Positions 39,962 to 49,606 are shown, counted from the first letter of the stretch. The stretch: DNA of 64,000 nucleotides from an uncultured Candidatus Binatia bacterium (GCA_965213675.1 OZ243916.1:1248001-1312000); one strand, 5' to 3'. Notes: generated by a model not told the origin, from the sequence alone. Numbers and translations are program-made.

Positions 39962-40663
39962 ATGCCCGATATCACGAGGCTCAAGAGCGCGCTCAACGAA
40001 ATGTGCAACCGCCAGTACGGCACCGACGAGTTCCAGGACCTGCTGACCCTGCCCTGGACCATGGAGCGGGGGCGGTATTACGTGGTGCAGAACGCCATCT
40101 ACACCCGAAACCGCCGGGACTGCTGGGCCTACGTTCAGGCCGCGGCGCCGCTCGACGTGAAGGCGCTGGTGTGGCAGCACGAGAGCGACGAGTTGATCAA
40201 CGACCCGCGCTGCGACATGGACCATTACTCGCTGACGGTCAAGCAGGGCGAGGTCCTCGGCCTCACGCCGGCGGACTTCGACAACGCCGAGTTGCCGCCC
40301 ATGACGCAGGCGGCCTTCATGGCGTGGCACCTCATCGCCATCAAGGGTCCGTGGCTCGCCTCGTTCACGTCGTCGCAGATGCTGGAGCGGCGCAACAATC
40401 CCGAGATCGTCACCGACGGCGGCATGTCCTATCGCATCGGCAAGAAGTTCGAGAACGAACTGGGCATCAGCCTCAAGCGGATGATCTCGCTCAACGTCCA
40501 CTCCACCGCCGATACAGAACATTCGGACATGATGGACGGCGTCTACGACCGTCACGTGCGCACCCAGGAGGACTACGACACGGTGCTGCGGGCCGCGAAG
40601 CAGTGCATGGCCATCGACCGCGCCTACCGCGGCGGGCTGGCCTACGTCATGCGGCGCGTCTAG
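39962..40663 (+). CDS. Heme-oxygenase-like diiron (CADD/PqqC/TenA-like) redox enzyme
   Basis: All-helical sequence; QHESDEL...DHY, E, and HSTADTEH (HxxxDxxH) metal ligands. Confidence 0.72.
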   Translation: MPDITRLKSALNEMCNRQYGTDEFQDLLTLPWTMERGRYYVVQNAIYTRNRRDCWAYVQAAAPLDVKALVWQHESDELINDPRCDMDHYSLTVKQGEVLGLTPADFDNAELPPMTQAAFMAWHLIAIKGPWLASFTSSQMLERRNNPEIVTDGGMSYRIGKKFENELGISLKRMISLNVHSTADTEHSDMMDGVYDRHVRTQEDYDTVLRAAKQCMAIDRAYRGGLAYVMRRV

Positions 40664-40741
40664 GAGCCTGCGCCGCAGGAATTCGCGAAAGCGAAAATCC
40701 GCTATCGCCGTCCCTTCGGCCGGTCGATTGAGGAGAATATC

Positions 40742-40763
40742 AGGTCATTAGAAGGTCATTAGA
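40742..40763 (+). promoter_or_regulatory. 11-bp direct repeat, candidate OmpR/PhoB-type box
   Basis: AGGTCATTAGA twice, about 70 bp upstream of the cupin start. Confidence 0.4.
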
Positions 40764-40829
40764 GTCAGCGGCGACCGGCCAGTGGCCCTCTCTGGATTCC
40801 ATCGTGCCCACAGGAAAGGAGCACTCGCC

Positions 40830-41945
40830 ATGAACAAGGCCGCGGCCCTCGACACGGCAATCGGATCGGAACGAAACCTCAATGAAGCGTCCGGCTTCGC
40901 CCCTGTCAGCCCATACGAGATCTACCAGCAGTGGGAAGGCGTCCCCGTGTACAAGGGATTCATCATCGACGACCTGCTGGAACTGGAGCTGGGCGACTGG
41001 GCGCGCACCGGCGGCAAGGGCGCGTTCGTCAACCTCGACGGCGCCGGCGGCACCTGCGACACGGTGATTCAGGAGATCGCTCCGGGCAAGGAACTGCGGC
41101 CACAGCGGCACCTGTTCGAGGAGGCGGTGTTCATTCTGTCCGGTCACGGCGCCACCACCCTGTGGAACGAGGGCGGCCGCAAGCACACCCTGGAATGGCA
41201 CAAGGGCAGCCTCTTCTCCATCCCGCTCAACGCGTGGTTCCAGCACTTCAACGCCCAGGGCCGGGAGCCGGTGCGCATGATCTCCCTCACCGACGCCACG
41301 GTGGTCGTCAACCGCTACCGGAACCTGGACTACATCTTCAACAACCCCTTCACTTTCGGCGACCGCTACCAGGGAGACGCCAACGAATGGGGCAAGCCCG
41401 GACGCTACCTCGAAGGGGTCAAGAAGGGCCGGGTGTGGGAGTCCAACTTCATCGCCGACCTGTGGCAATTCCAGCCCAAGGACTACAAGGAGCGCGGCGG
41501 CGGCAACCGCACCACCCTGTTCGAGTTCGTCGACAACACCATGAGCGCGCACCTCTCGGAGTTCCCCGTGGGCAAGTACAAGAAGGCCCACCGGCACGGC
41601 GCCGGCGCGCACATCATCATGCTCACCGGCTCCGGCTACTCCTTCCTGTGGGAGGAAGGCGCGCCGAGGAAACGCGTGCAATGGGGCCGCATGAGCATGT
41701 TCGTGCCCCCCATCCAGTGGTGGCACCAACACTTCAACAACGGCGCCGAGCCCGCGCGCTACCTGGCCCTCAAGCCCTGGGGCTTCAAGTACAAGGTGGA
41801 GGAACTGAAGAACACCGGCGAGGACGTGAAAAAGGGCGGCGCCCAGATCGAGTACGAGGACCAGGACCCGGTGATCCACCAGGTCTTCGTGGAAGAGTGC
41901 CGCACCAGCGGCGCCCAGGTGGACATGGCGCAGTTCGGCTTCTGA
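40830..41945 (+). CDS. Bicupin-domain protein
   Basis: PQRHLFEE...G.GATT...WFQHFN and AHRHGAGAH...WWHQHFN. AAGGAG RBS. Confidence 0.82.
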   Translation: MNKAAALDTAIGSERNLNEASGFAPVSPYEIYQQWEGVPVYKGFIIDDLLELELGDWARTGGKGAFVNLDGAGGTCDTVIQEIAPGKELRPQRHLFEEAVFILSGHGATTLWNEGGRKHTLEWHKGSLFSIPLNAWFQHFNAQGREPVRMISLTDATVVVNRYRNLDYIFNNPFTFGDRYQGDANEWGKPGRYLEGVKKGRVWESNFIADLWQFQPKDYKERGGGNRTTLFEFVDNTMSAHLSEFPVGKYKKAHRHGAGAHIIMLTGSGYSFLWEEGAPRKRVQWGRMSMFVPPIQWWHQHFNNGAEPARYLALKPWGFKYKVEELKNTGEDVKKGGAQIEYEDQDPVIHQVFVEECRTSGAQVDMAQFGF

Positions 41946-42061
41946 GGCCGCAATCGACCCTGTGTCCACGCAAAGAGCGCAAACATGCCCAACCCCGCTT
42001 GCACGGTAACGGCGGTTCGGCGGGATTGCCCTGGTTGACGATCCGGCGTGTCGGTGGCCGT

Positions 42062-43237
42062 CTATGCCGGCGTCAGCTCCGGTTCCATGGGGTAGGTGGA
42101 GAGGATCTCGGCGCCGCCGGCGGTGACGCGCAGCAGGTGCTCCAGTTTGACCGGGTGGTGGTTGATCTCCAGGGCGACGATCATGTTCTCTTCCAGGGGC
42201 AGGCTGTACTCCGGCGGATCGAAGCCGCGCAGCCAGGGCGCCTCGTAGATGCACAGACCCACGCCGTGAAAGCCGTCCAGACCGGGCAGGCGCGCGGCGG
42301 CGTCCCGGCCGAAGCGGGCGTACAGCTCTGTGCACGGGCCGGGCCGGACGTATCCGAGAGCCTCCTGCAGCGTCGCGTACGCCTCGGCGTAGCGGTCCTT
42401 GTCGGCTTGGGACGGTTTCCCGTGGCAGAAGGTGCGGGCGAAGTCGCTGTAGTAGCCGCCGGGGCCGGCTACGGTGGCGTCACAGATGACCAGATCGCCT
42501 TCGGTCATCACCAGGTCCATGCCCATGGGCTCGCGATGGGGACGGATGGCCATTTGCGAGGAATCGAAGATGGAGATGAACTCGCTGCCTGCCTCGAAGC
42601 CCTGTTCCAGCAGGTATTCGAGCATCATGCGGCTGAGCCGTTCCTCCACCACCGGCGGCTTGCGCACCGCCTCCCGCACCAAGTCGTAACCGCCCTCTTT
42701 GGCGCGGCTGGTCCAGCGGATGAGTTCCACCTCGTCGCGCGTCTTCACCACCCGCGCCTCCCCCAGGGCCGGCAGGCCGTCCACCACCGCGAAGCCGCTC
42801 TCCCGCAGGAGGTCCACCGCGCCGAGGCACAAGGCGTCCACACCCACCCCTTCCCCGGAAACGCCCATCTGCTTCAACCCGTCGGCGGCCAGGTTCACGA
42901 AGTCCCGGGTGGCCGCCGGCGGCCGCATGCCAAACATGTAGGCGCCAAAACCCTGAATCGAGCCCCCCTTCTTCAGGCCGGCGGCGCGCTCGCTGCCGAA
43001 CAGGCGCTCGTAGACCACGGGTTCGCCTTCGGCGGGCACGAGCACGAAGCGCTGCACCCCGGTTGCGCGCAGATTGAGCCACAGCACGGTGTTGGTGGCG
43101 TAGCGGATGTTGAGCGGGTCGGTGAGCAGCAGCGCGCCGAGGCCGCGGGCGCGCATGATGCCCTGCAGCCGGTGGAGGCGGTCGGCGCGGAGGCGGTCGA
43201 CGTCCACGCCGAAGGGCGAAAGATCCACGTGGAACAT
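42062..43237 (-). CDS. M24 family metallo-hydrolase (Xaa-Pro peptidase/creatinase/DddP-like)
   Basis: LLLTDPLNIRYAT N-domain; ligands ICD, YYSDFARTF, HGVGL, ALE, KLEH. Confidence 0.85.
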   Translation of the reverse strand: MFHVDLSPFGVDVDRLRADRLHRLQGIMRARGLGALLLTDPLNIRYATNTVLWLNLRATGVQRFVLVPAEGEPVVYERLFGSERAAGLKKGGSIQGFGAYMFGMRPPAATRDFVNLAADGLKQMGVSGEGVGVDALCLGAVDLLRESGFAVVDGLPALGEARVVKTRDEVELIRWTSRAKEGGYDLVREAVRKPPVVEERLSRMMLEYLLEQGFEAGSEFISIFDSSQMAIRPHREPMGMDLVMTEGDLVICDATVAGPGGYYSDFARTFCHGKPSQADKDRYAEAYATLQEALGYVRPGPCTELYARFGRDAAARLPGLDGFHGVGLCIYEAPWLRGFDPPEYSLPLEENMIVALEINHHPVKLEHLLRVTAGGAEILSTYPMEPELTPA

Positions 43238-43250
43238 GCCGGTTCCCGGG

Positions 43251-43883
43251 CTATTCCGGAACGGACGGCAACGCGTCCATCACCCCGATCATGCTGTCAC
43301 GCGTGACGAGCTTCTCCAGTTCCGCGACGCTCAGCCCCTCGGTCCCCGCCGGTCGCGCCGGGATCACCAGGTAGCGCATGTCCGCGGTGCTGTCGTGCAC
43401 CCGCACCTCCACGTCGTCGGGCACCTCCAGGCCGAATTCGCGCAGGACCCCGCGAGGGTCGTTCACCGCGCGCTTGCGGTAGTTGAAGCTCTTGTACCAG
43501 TCGGGCGGCCGCCCCAGGATGGGGCGCGGATAGCACGAGCACAAGGTGCACACCACCATGTGGCGCAGCTCGTCGGTGTTCTCAAGAATCACAAACTCGT
43601 TGAGGGTGCTGGCGTCGATGCCCATCTCGGCGCAGACCTTCTTGGGATCCGCCTTGAAGCGCGCCTTGAACGCCGGGTCGGTCCAGGCCCGGGCCACCAG
43701 CCGGGCGCCGTTGGCCGGCGTCTTGGACTCGGTGAATTCCGCCTGCTGGCGGATATCGTCCTCGTTGACGATGCCCTTCTCGATGAGGACGTCGCGCATG
43801 GCGTAGGCGCGCTTGGCCCAGTGGCTCAACTCGTGCCGCGGCCCTGCCTCGTGTTCCTCGCCCGGTTCGTGCTCGTGTGCCAT
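43251..43883 (-). CDS. Co-type nitrile hydratase alpha / thiocyanate hydrolase gamma subunit
   Basis: GARLVARAWTDPAFK, VVCTLCSCYP (Co-type), PPDWYK, DSTADMRYLVIPARP, VTRDSMIG. Confidence 0.93.
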   Translation of the reverse strand: MAHEHEPGEEHEAGPRHELSHWAKRAYAMRDVLIEKGIVNEDDIRQQAEFTESKTPANGARLVARAWTDPAFKARFKADPKKVCAEMGIDASTLNEFVILENTDELRHMVVCTLCSCYPRPILGRPPDWYKSFNYRKRAVNDPRGVLREFGLEVPDDVEVRVHDSTADMRYLVIPARPAGTEGLSVAELEKLVTRDSMIGVMDALPSVPE

Positions 43884-43900
43884 CCTGTTCCCCCCTCGTC

Positions 43901-44206
43901 TCAGGTCCCCGCCTCCAGGGCGGGCTCGAGCCAGTGCTCGAATACATCCACGAAGATCTTGTCCCGGCTGCCCGTGTCGTAGCCGTCCCACACGTCCCGC
44001 TGGTGAAAACCCACCAGGTAGAGCCGCACCCGCGGCATCCCGTCGCCGCCGTGGCCCAGGGACTCCGGGTTACGGAACTCGCCGTAACAGCGTTCCACCC
44101 AACCGGTCTTGCCCTTGATGTAGAACGGCGTGCGCACGTGACCCGTCTGGAAATGGGACTTCACCCGCACCGCCGACCCGTCTCCGAACGCTGCCGCGCC
44201 GTTCAC
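43901..44206 (-). CDS. Nitrile hydratase beta C-terminal (SH3-like) subunit, ScnA-like
   Basis: GHVRTPFYIKGKTG, YLVGF...VW, VDVFEHWLEPA. Confidence 0.85.
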   Translation of the reverse strand: MNGAAAFGDGSAVRVKSHFQTGHVRTPFYIKGKTGWVERCYGEFRNPESLGHGGDGMPRVRLYLVGFHQRDVWDGYDTGSRDKIFVDVFEHWLEPALEAGT

Positions 44207-44511
44207 GGCTCCCCCCAGCGTTCTTCCAACGCGGCCACTTTCCGGTCGATCTCATCCCGGGTGACCACACCCTTCTCCACCAGGATGGTCTCCAGACTGG
44301 CGATCCAGCGTTCGTAGTAACTGAGCGCCAGGTACGCTTCCGAATCCATATCCTCCCGCGCGCGCCGGGTCTCGTCCGTGCACTTGAGGCCCTTCACCCC
44401 GAGCACCTGGTTCAACGCGTCCGCGAGCACCTCCCAGTCATCCATGGTGTGCTCGGTGCGGTCGATGGGCCCCGCGTCCGGGTCCCCGCCCATGTCATGG
44501 GTCCTTTTCAT
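44203..44511 (-). CDS. Nitrile hydratase beta N-terminal subunit, ScnB-like
   Basis: HDMGG, WE, DETRRAREDM, YLALSYYERW, LVEKGVVTRDEI. GGAGG RBS. Confidence 0.87.
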   Translation of the reverse strand: MKRTHDMGGDPDAGPIDRTEHTMDDWEVLADALNQVLGVKGLKCTDETRRAREDMDSEAYLALSYYERWIASLETILVEKGVVTRDEIDRKVAALEERWGEP

Positions 44512-44521
44512 GGCGTCCTCC

Positions 44522-44644
44522 CTAGCAACCTGGGTTTATCAAGAATCTGCTGCGACGCAGGGAAATGAGTCCATTTCCGGTTGGATTTTCGTCCGATATT
44601 ACCAATATTCTTACCAAATTCGATAAACCCGACAGGCTCCTGGG
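44522..44644. repeat. Degenerate MITE-like element; right end ATTCGATAAACCCGACAGGCTCCTGGG
   Basis: The 27-bp end recurs as an exact inverted copy at 49607-49633. The left part (CTAG...GGTTTATC...GCAGGGAAA) resembles 49610-49670. Confidence 0.6.
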
Positions 44645-44978
44645 ATTCAGCCATACGGAAAAGCTTTGGGGGTGTCAAGAACGCGCCCGTAACACTCCCC
44701 TGGCGATCACTTCCGCGGAACAGGCTGCGGCAGACTTCGCTTGGGTACGGAATCGCGATGACTCGGGGCGTTGGCGGCCATTTTCATGCAAGCGGAGTCT
44801 GGGCACAGCCGCTTCCGGGACAATGACGACTCGCGAGGACGGCGGCGTGTTTGTGCGTTTCAATGGGTGCGTTTCATTTTGATGGCTCCGTGTATACGAT
44901 GACAGTCCCTATGTCCGATGCCCGTGCCATTGCATTCCCGCGATTCTCACGTCACCGCTCTTCAAGGCAGGCACGCCT

Positions 44979-45518
44979 GTGAACGCGGCTGGGTCCAGAC
45001 CTGACCTGACGCTGGTCCTGGGCGGGGCTCGCGCGGGCAAGAGCGCCTTCGCCGAGGGGCTCGCCAAGGCGTGGGATCAACGCGTTTACGTAGCCACCGC
45101 GGTGGTCACCGACGACGAGATGGCGGCGCGCATCGCGCAGCACCGAGCCCGCCGAGACCCGGACTGGCGCACCGTCGAGGAACCCCTTGAGCTGCCCGCC
45201 GTAGTCCGGCGGGAAAGCGCGCCGCGCACCGGCCTGTTGGTGGACTGCCTCACGGTCTGGCTCGGGAACCTCATGCACCACCAACGTGACGCGGATACCG
45301 CGTGCGCAGCGCTCCTCGAAGCGCTCGCGGCGGCACCCGGGCCGGTGGTGCTGGTGGCCAACGAGGTCGGGCTTGGCATCGTGCCGGACAACGCGTTGGC
45401 GCGGGCCTTTCGTGACCACGCGGGACGGCTCCACCAGTCGGTGGCCCGCGTTGCGGGCCGCGTTTTCTTCGTAGCCGCCGGCATCCCCATGACCCTCAAG
45501 GGTGCGGCGCCCGACTGA
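44979..45518 (+). CDS. cobU: Adenosylcobinamide kinase / guanylyltransferase
   Basis: LGGARAGKSAFAE, EMAARIAQH, LVDCLTVW, NEVGLGIVP, FRD.AG. Confidence 0.95.
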   Translation: MNAAGSRPDLTLVLGGARAGKSAFAEGLAKAWDQRVYVATAVVTDDEMAARIAQHRARRDPDWRTVEEPLELPAVVRRESAPRTGLLVDCLTVWLGNLMHHQRDADTACAALLEALAAAPGPVVLVANEVGLGIVPDNALARAFRDHAGRLHQSVARVAGRVFFVAAGIPMTLKGAAPD

Positions 45519-46984
45519 TGGCCGCCCGGACACTCATGTTTCAGGGGACGGCATCGGATGCCGGCAAATCGCTGGTCACCGCCGGCCTCTGCCGCGCGCT
45601 GACACGCCGGGGCTACGCGGTGCGCCCGTTCAAGCCGCAAAACATGTCCAACAACGCCGCCGTCACCCCGGACGGCGGCGAAATCGGCCGCGCCCAGGCG
45701 CTGCAGGCCAGAGCCTGCCGGGTGGAGCCGGCGGTGGACATGAACCCGGTGCTGCTAAAACCGCAGTCCGATGTCGGCGCCCAGGTGGTGGTTCACGGCA
45801 AGGTACGCGGCAACTACGGCGCCGTCGGGTTTCAGAACGTCAAGCGCGAGCTGATGCCGGCGGTGTTGGAGAGTTTCCAACGGCTTGCGGCGGAAGCGGA
45901 TTTCGTGCTGGTGGAAGGCGCGGGCAGCGCCGCCGAAGTCAACCTGCGCGCCGGCGACATCGCCAACATGGGATTCGCCACGGCCACCGGCGCGCCCGTG
46001 GTTCTGGTGGCCGACATCGACCGGGGCGGGGTCATCGCGAACCTCGTGGGCACTTGGGAGCTCTTGCCGGAAGACGAGCGCCGGTTGTTGCAAGGCTACC
46101 TCATCAACCGGTTTCGCGGCGATGCCCGCCTGTTCGCCGGCGGCCTGGGCGCCATCACCGCGCGCACCGGCCTGCCCTCCTTCGGCATCATCCCGCATCT
46201 CGCCGCCGCCCGGCGCCTGCCACAGGAAGACGCCTACTCCCTCGACAACGGCCCACCAGTGCAGGGCGCCGGCGGCTTCCGTGTCGCCGTGCCGCGCCTG
46301 CCGCACATCGCCAACTTCGACGACCTGGATCCACTGGCGGAAGAACCCGCCGTGCGCCTGGAGGTGGTGCCGCCCGGACGCCCGCTACCCGGCGACGCGG
46401 CGCTGGTGATCCTGCCGGGCTCCAAGGCGACGGTGGCGGACCTGCGGGCCGTCAAGCGCGAAGGATGGGACATCGACCTGCTCGCGCACCGCCGCCGGGG
46501 CGGCGCGATCCTGGGCATCTGCGCCGGCTACCAGATGCTCGGGCGAAAGGTGGCGGACCCCCGTGGCATCGAGGGGCCGCCGGGCGCGGAAGACGGCCTG
46601 GGTCTGCTCGATCACGAAACGCTCCTCACCGGCGGCAAGACGCTCACGCGGGTGGCCGGGGTCGGCAAGACCGTGGCCGCTCCCTTCGCCGGATACGAAA
46701 TGCACGTGGGCGAGACCACCGGCGGCACGGACCAGCCGTTCCTCGCACCCGACGGCCCGTCCCACGACCCCGGCGGCGTGTCGGCGGACGGGCGCGTCAT
46801 GGGTTGTTACGTCCACGGACTCTTCGCCGCAGACGGTTTCCGGCGCGCCTTCCTGCGCGCCCTGGGGGACACCGGCCCGTTCAGCCCATCCTGGGAGGCC
46901 AGTGTGGAAGAAGCCCTGGACAGCGTGGCCGAGGCGTTTGAAGAAGCCATCGACATCGACGGCCTGATGGCCACGGCCCGTTGA
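45518..46984 (+). CDS. cobQ: Cobyric acid synthase
   Basis: GTASDAGKS, PFKPQNMSNN, MNPVLLKP, EGAGS.AEVNL, GICAGYQMLG, YVHGLF. Confidence 0.96.
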   Translation: MAARTLMFQGTASDAGKSLVTAGLCRALTRRGYAVRPFKPQNMSNNAAVTPDGGEIGRAQALQARACRVEPAVDMNPVLLKPQSDVGAQVVVHGKVRGNYGAVGFQNVKRELMPAVLESFQRLAAEADFVLVEGAGSAAEVNLRAGDIANMGFATATGAPVVLVADIDRGGVIANLVGTWELLPEDERRLLQGYLINRFRGDARLFAGGLGAITARTGLPSFGIIPHLAAARRLPQEDAYSLDNGPPVQGAGGFRVAVPRLPHIANFDDLDPLAEEPAVRLEVVPPGRPLPGDAALVILPGSKATVADLRAVKREGWDIDLLAHRRRGGAILGICAGYQMLGRKVADPRGIEGPPGAEDGLGLLDHETLLTGGKTLTRVAGVGKTVAAPFAGYEMHVGETTGGTDQPFLAPDGPSHDPGGVSADGRVMGCYVHGLFAADGFRRAFLRALGDTGPFSPSWEASVEEALDSVAEAFEEAIDIDGLMATAR

Positions 46985-47024
46985 ACCCATGAGGTGGCGC
47001 TGAGAGCCCACCCGTGTCGGGCCA

Positions 47025-48002
47025 TCAACCCGCTCCGGCCGCCAGCCAAGGCGCGCCGATCACCAGGAACAACAGCGCGCAGGCGCCCACATAGACCCGA
47101 AGCCCCCGGCGGATGTCGTGAGCGGTCGCCTCCATGGTCCCGTTCCCGAGCCACGGATCCGGGGTGACGGCGCCTTGGTAATGCCGCGGTCCAGCCAACC
47201 GCAGATCCAATGCTCCGGCCATGGCTCCTTCCGGATAACCGGCGTTGACTGAACGGTGGGCGCCGCCGTCGCGCCACATGATTTCCAGGGCCTGCGCGAC
47301 AATCCCGACACGTCGCTGACCGCCGGATAGCGCCAGCAGCACTCCGGCGATGCGCGCGGGCGCCCAGTTGGCCACGTCGTCCAACCGGGCCGCGGCCCAG
47401 CCGAAGTCGCGGTAGCGGAAGTCGAGATGCCCAATCATGCTGTCCGCGGTGTTCAGCGCCTTGTAGGCCACCATGCCCGGGAGACCGAAGAGCAGGCCCC
47501 AGAACACCGGCGCCACCACGCCGTCATTGAAGTTCTCGGCCAGAGATTCGACAGCGGCGCGAGCCACACCATGGGAGTCGAGGGACTTCGGATCACGCCC
47601 GACGATGTGGGTCACGGCAGTGCGACCGGCCTCGACTCCACCCCCCTCCTGCGCCGTGGCCACTGCGGCGACATGACGATAGAGGCTGTTCTGCGCGATC
47701 AGCGCCGAGGCCAGGAGCGCCTCCAGCCAGAACCCGCCCCAACCGCGGCCCAGCATGGCGTCCACGAGAACCGCCAGCGCGCCGAACGATACGACCACGG
47801 CCAGCGCCGACAACGCCCCCGCAATGCGGGCCACGAGGCGGCGCGACCGCGGCCGGTTGAACAGCCGGTCACAGAACGACAGTGCCCGGCCCATGAGTAC
47901 CGTGGGGTGCGGGATGACGCGATAGAGCCAACGCGGGTCACCGATGACCGCGTCGAGCAACATCGCCGCCAGCACAAGCGCCGCGCTGTCGGAAATGCTC
48001 AT
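47025..48002 (-). CDS. cbiB: Adenosylcobinamide-phosphate synthase CbiB
   Basis: GDP, IVGRD, ESLAENFNDGVVAP, NTADSMIGH, AARLDD, NAGYPE. Confidence 0.94.
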   Translation of the reverse strand: MSISDSAALVLAAMLLDAVIGDPRWLYRVIPHPTVLMGRALSFCDRLFNRPRSRRLVARIAGALSALAVVVSFGALAVLVDAMLGRGWGGFWLEALLASALIAQNSLYRHVAAVATAQEGGGVEAGRTAVTHIVGRDPKSLDSHGVARAAVESLAENFNDGVVAPVFWGLLFGLPGMVAYKALNTADSMIGHLDFRYRDFGWAAARLDDVANWAPARIAGVLLALSGGQRRVGIVAQALEIMWRDGGAHRSVNAGYPEGAMAGALDLRLAGPRHYQGAVTPDPWLGNGTMEATAHDIRRGLRVYVGACALLFLVIGAPWLAAGAG

Positions 48003-49033
48003 GCCCGCTGGCGAACGGCGCCGTCCGGCAATGCGTTCTTCAACCCGACGGCAAGCCGGTGGAGCGCCTCCGCGGAAGGTGGAATACCCACTCGAAGCCA
48101 GCGCGGATGGCGCTCGAAGGCACGGACGAGAATCCCGGCCCGGCCAAGGGCGCGATGGAGATGGCGCGCGGCGGGCGCCTCCACCAAGCTGAACAGATCC
48201 GTGCCGCCCACAACGGTCAGGCCGCCCTCCGCGAGCACCGCGTCGAGCTTGCGCCGCATGGCTGCCAACCGGCGGCGGGTATCGGAGGCCCATTCCGCAT
48301 CGACCAACGCGCGCCTGCCAATGTCCAGAGCGGGACCCGACACCGCCCAGGGGCCCAGGCGGCGCGCGATGGTGTCCGCCAGCGCGGGCGCTCCGGCGAT
48401 GAAGCCAAGGCGCAGGCCGGGCAAGCCGAAGAACTTGCCGAACGATCGGATGACGAGCGCATTGGCAAGACCGGGCATCGACGCGAGGCTTGCCCGCGGC
48501 GCCACGTCCGCGAAGGTTTCATCGACGAGGAGCCACCCATCGCGCGCCGCCAGGCGTTGGGCGATTCCCACGAGCGTGCTTCGCTCGATGACGCGACCGT
48601 CGGGATTGTTCGGGTTGACTACCACCACCACGTCGGCGTCGCGGCCATCCGCAAGGGCGGCGACCTCGTCGACCGTGTGGCCCAGCCGACGCCACGCGGC
48701 GGCGTGCTCCTCGTAGGTGGGCGCCAGGACGGCGACGCGGGAGCGGCGCCGCAGGCCGGGCAGCAACTGGATCAGCGCCTGACTGCCGGGCGCCGCGATC
48801 ACACTGTTGTCGGATGGGATTCCATAGGCGCCGCGTGCGCTCTCCCGCAGCGCCGCCAGGGCATCCTCCTGCGGCAGGCGCGTCAGTGATTCCGGATCGA
48901 GTTCCCCGAAGGGCCAGGGCCACGGGTTGACACCGGTGGAAAGGTCGAGCCAACCATCCGCGGGCTTGCCGAAGACCCGCCGGGCAACCGAAAGGTCGCC
49001 GCCGTGCCGTATGGGGAAGGATGTCAGGTCCAC
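47999..49033 (-). CDS. cobD: Threonine-phosphate decarboxylase
   Basis: HGGDL, WLDLSTGVNP, NPNNPDG, RSFGKFFGLPGLRLG. Confidence 0.92.
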   Translation of the reverse strand: MDLTSFPIRHGGDLSVARRVFGKPADGWLDLSTGVNPWPWPFGELDPESLTRLPQEDALAALRESARGAYGIPSDNSVIAAPGSQALIQLLPGLRRRSRVAVLAPTYEEHAAAWRRLGHTVDEVAALADGRDADVVVVVNPNNPDGRVIERSTLVGIAQRLAARDGWLLVDETFADVAPRASLASMPGLANALVIRSFGKFFGLPGLRLGFIAGAPALADTIARRLGPWAVSGPALDIGRRALVDAEWASDTRRRLAAMRRKLDAVLAEGGLTVVGGTDLFSLVEAPAARHLHRALGRAGILVRAFERHPRWLRVGIPPSAEALHRLAVGLKNALPDGAVRQRA

Positions 49034-49596
49034 GCCCCCTCGTCATGGGGACGGAATCGCGCCAGATCGGGCTCGGTCAAAGGCTTCACCTCCACCGCGG
49101 CGCCAAAGTCCACCTGCCCCGTCCATGCGTCCGTAGCGCCGGACAAGGCCCGCGCCACCTTGATGACGCCGCCGTGGGTCACCAACGCATGACACGTGCC
49201 GCTGCGCCCGAAATCCGCCAGCGCCGCACCAACCCGTTCCGTGACCATGCGCACACTTTCGCCCCCGTGGGGCCGGGCGTCAAGGAAATCCGCCGCCCAG
49301 GCATCCAGTTCCGTCCGTTCAATCACAGCCCACGAAAGGCCTTGCCAGCGCCCGAAGTCCATTTCCCCGAGCCGCTCGTCCACCACCGGAACGAGCCCCC
49401 GCGCCGCGCCGATCCGTTCCGCCAGCCGCGTACAGCGCCGCAACGGACTGGTCACCAGCCGCTCCACCGCGGGAAGCGCCGCCACCACGCGCGCGGCCTC
49501 TTCCTCGAAGGTCGCCGCCACGTCCACGTCTTTCACGCCGTAACACAGGTCGTCCGTGACCGCCGGCCGCGTATGACGAATCAAGATCAGGCGCAT
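49024..49596 (-). CDS. cobC: Alpha-ribazole/adenosylcobalamin phosphatase (histidine phosphatase)
   Basis: LIRHTRP, CYG..DV, SPLRRC, EMDFGRWQG, HGGES, VTHGGVI, plus genomic context. Confidence 0.85.
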   Translation of the reverse strand: MRLILIRHTRPAVTDDLCYGVKDVDVAATFEEEAARVVAALPAVERLVTSPLRRCTRLAERIGAARGLVPVVDERLGEMDFGRWQGLSWAVIERTELDAWAADFLDARPHGGESVRMVTERVGAALADFGRSGTCHALVTHGGVIKVARALSGATDAWTGQVDFGAAVEVKPLTEPDLARFRPHDEGAWT

Positions 49597-49606
49597 ACCA
49601 TCGTCC

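Noticed and set aside
42062-43237. Naming the M24 protein DMSP lyase DddP
   Set aside because: The N-terminal resemblance is shared across M24B proteins, and specificity cannot be read from the sequence.
43901-44511. Split beta subunit as a frameshift pseudogene
   Set aside because: The halves have a clean GTGA stop/start overlap and lack the long linker region, matching natural three-subunit enzymes.
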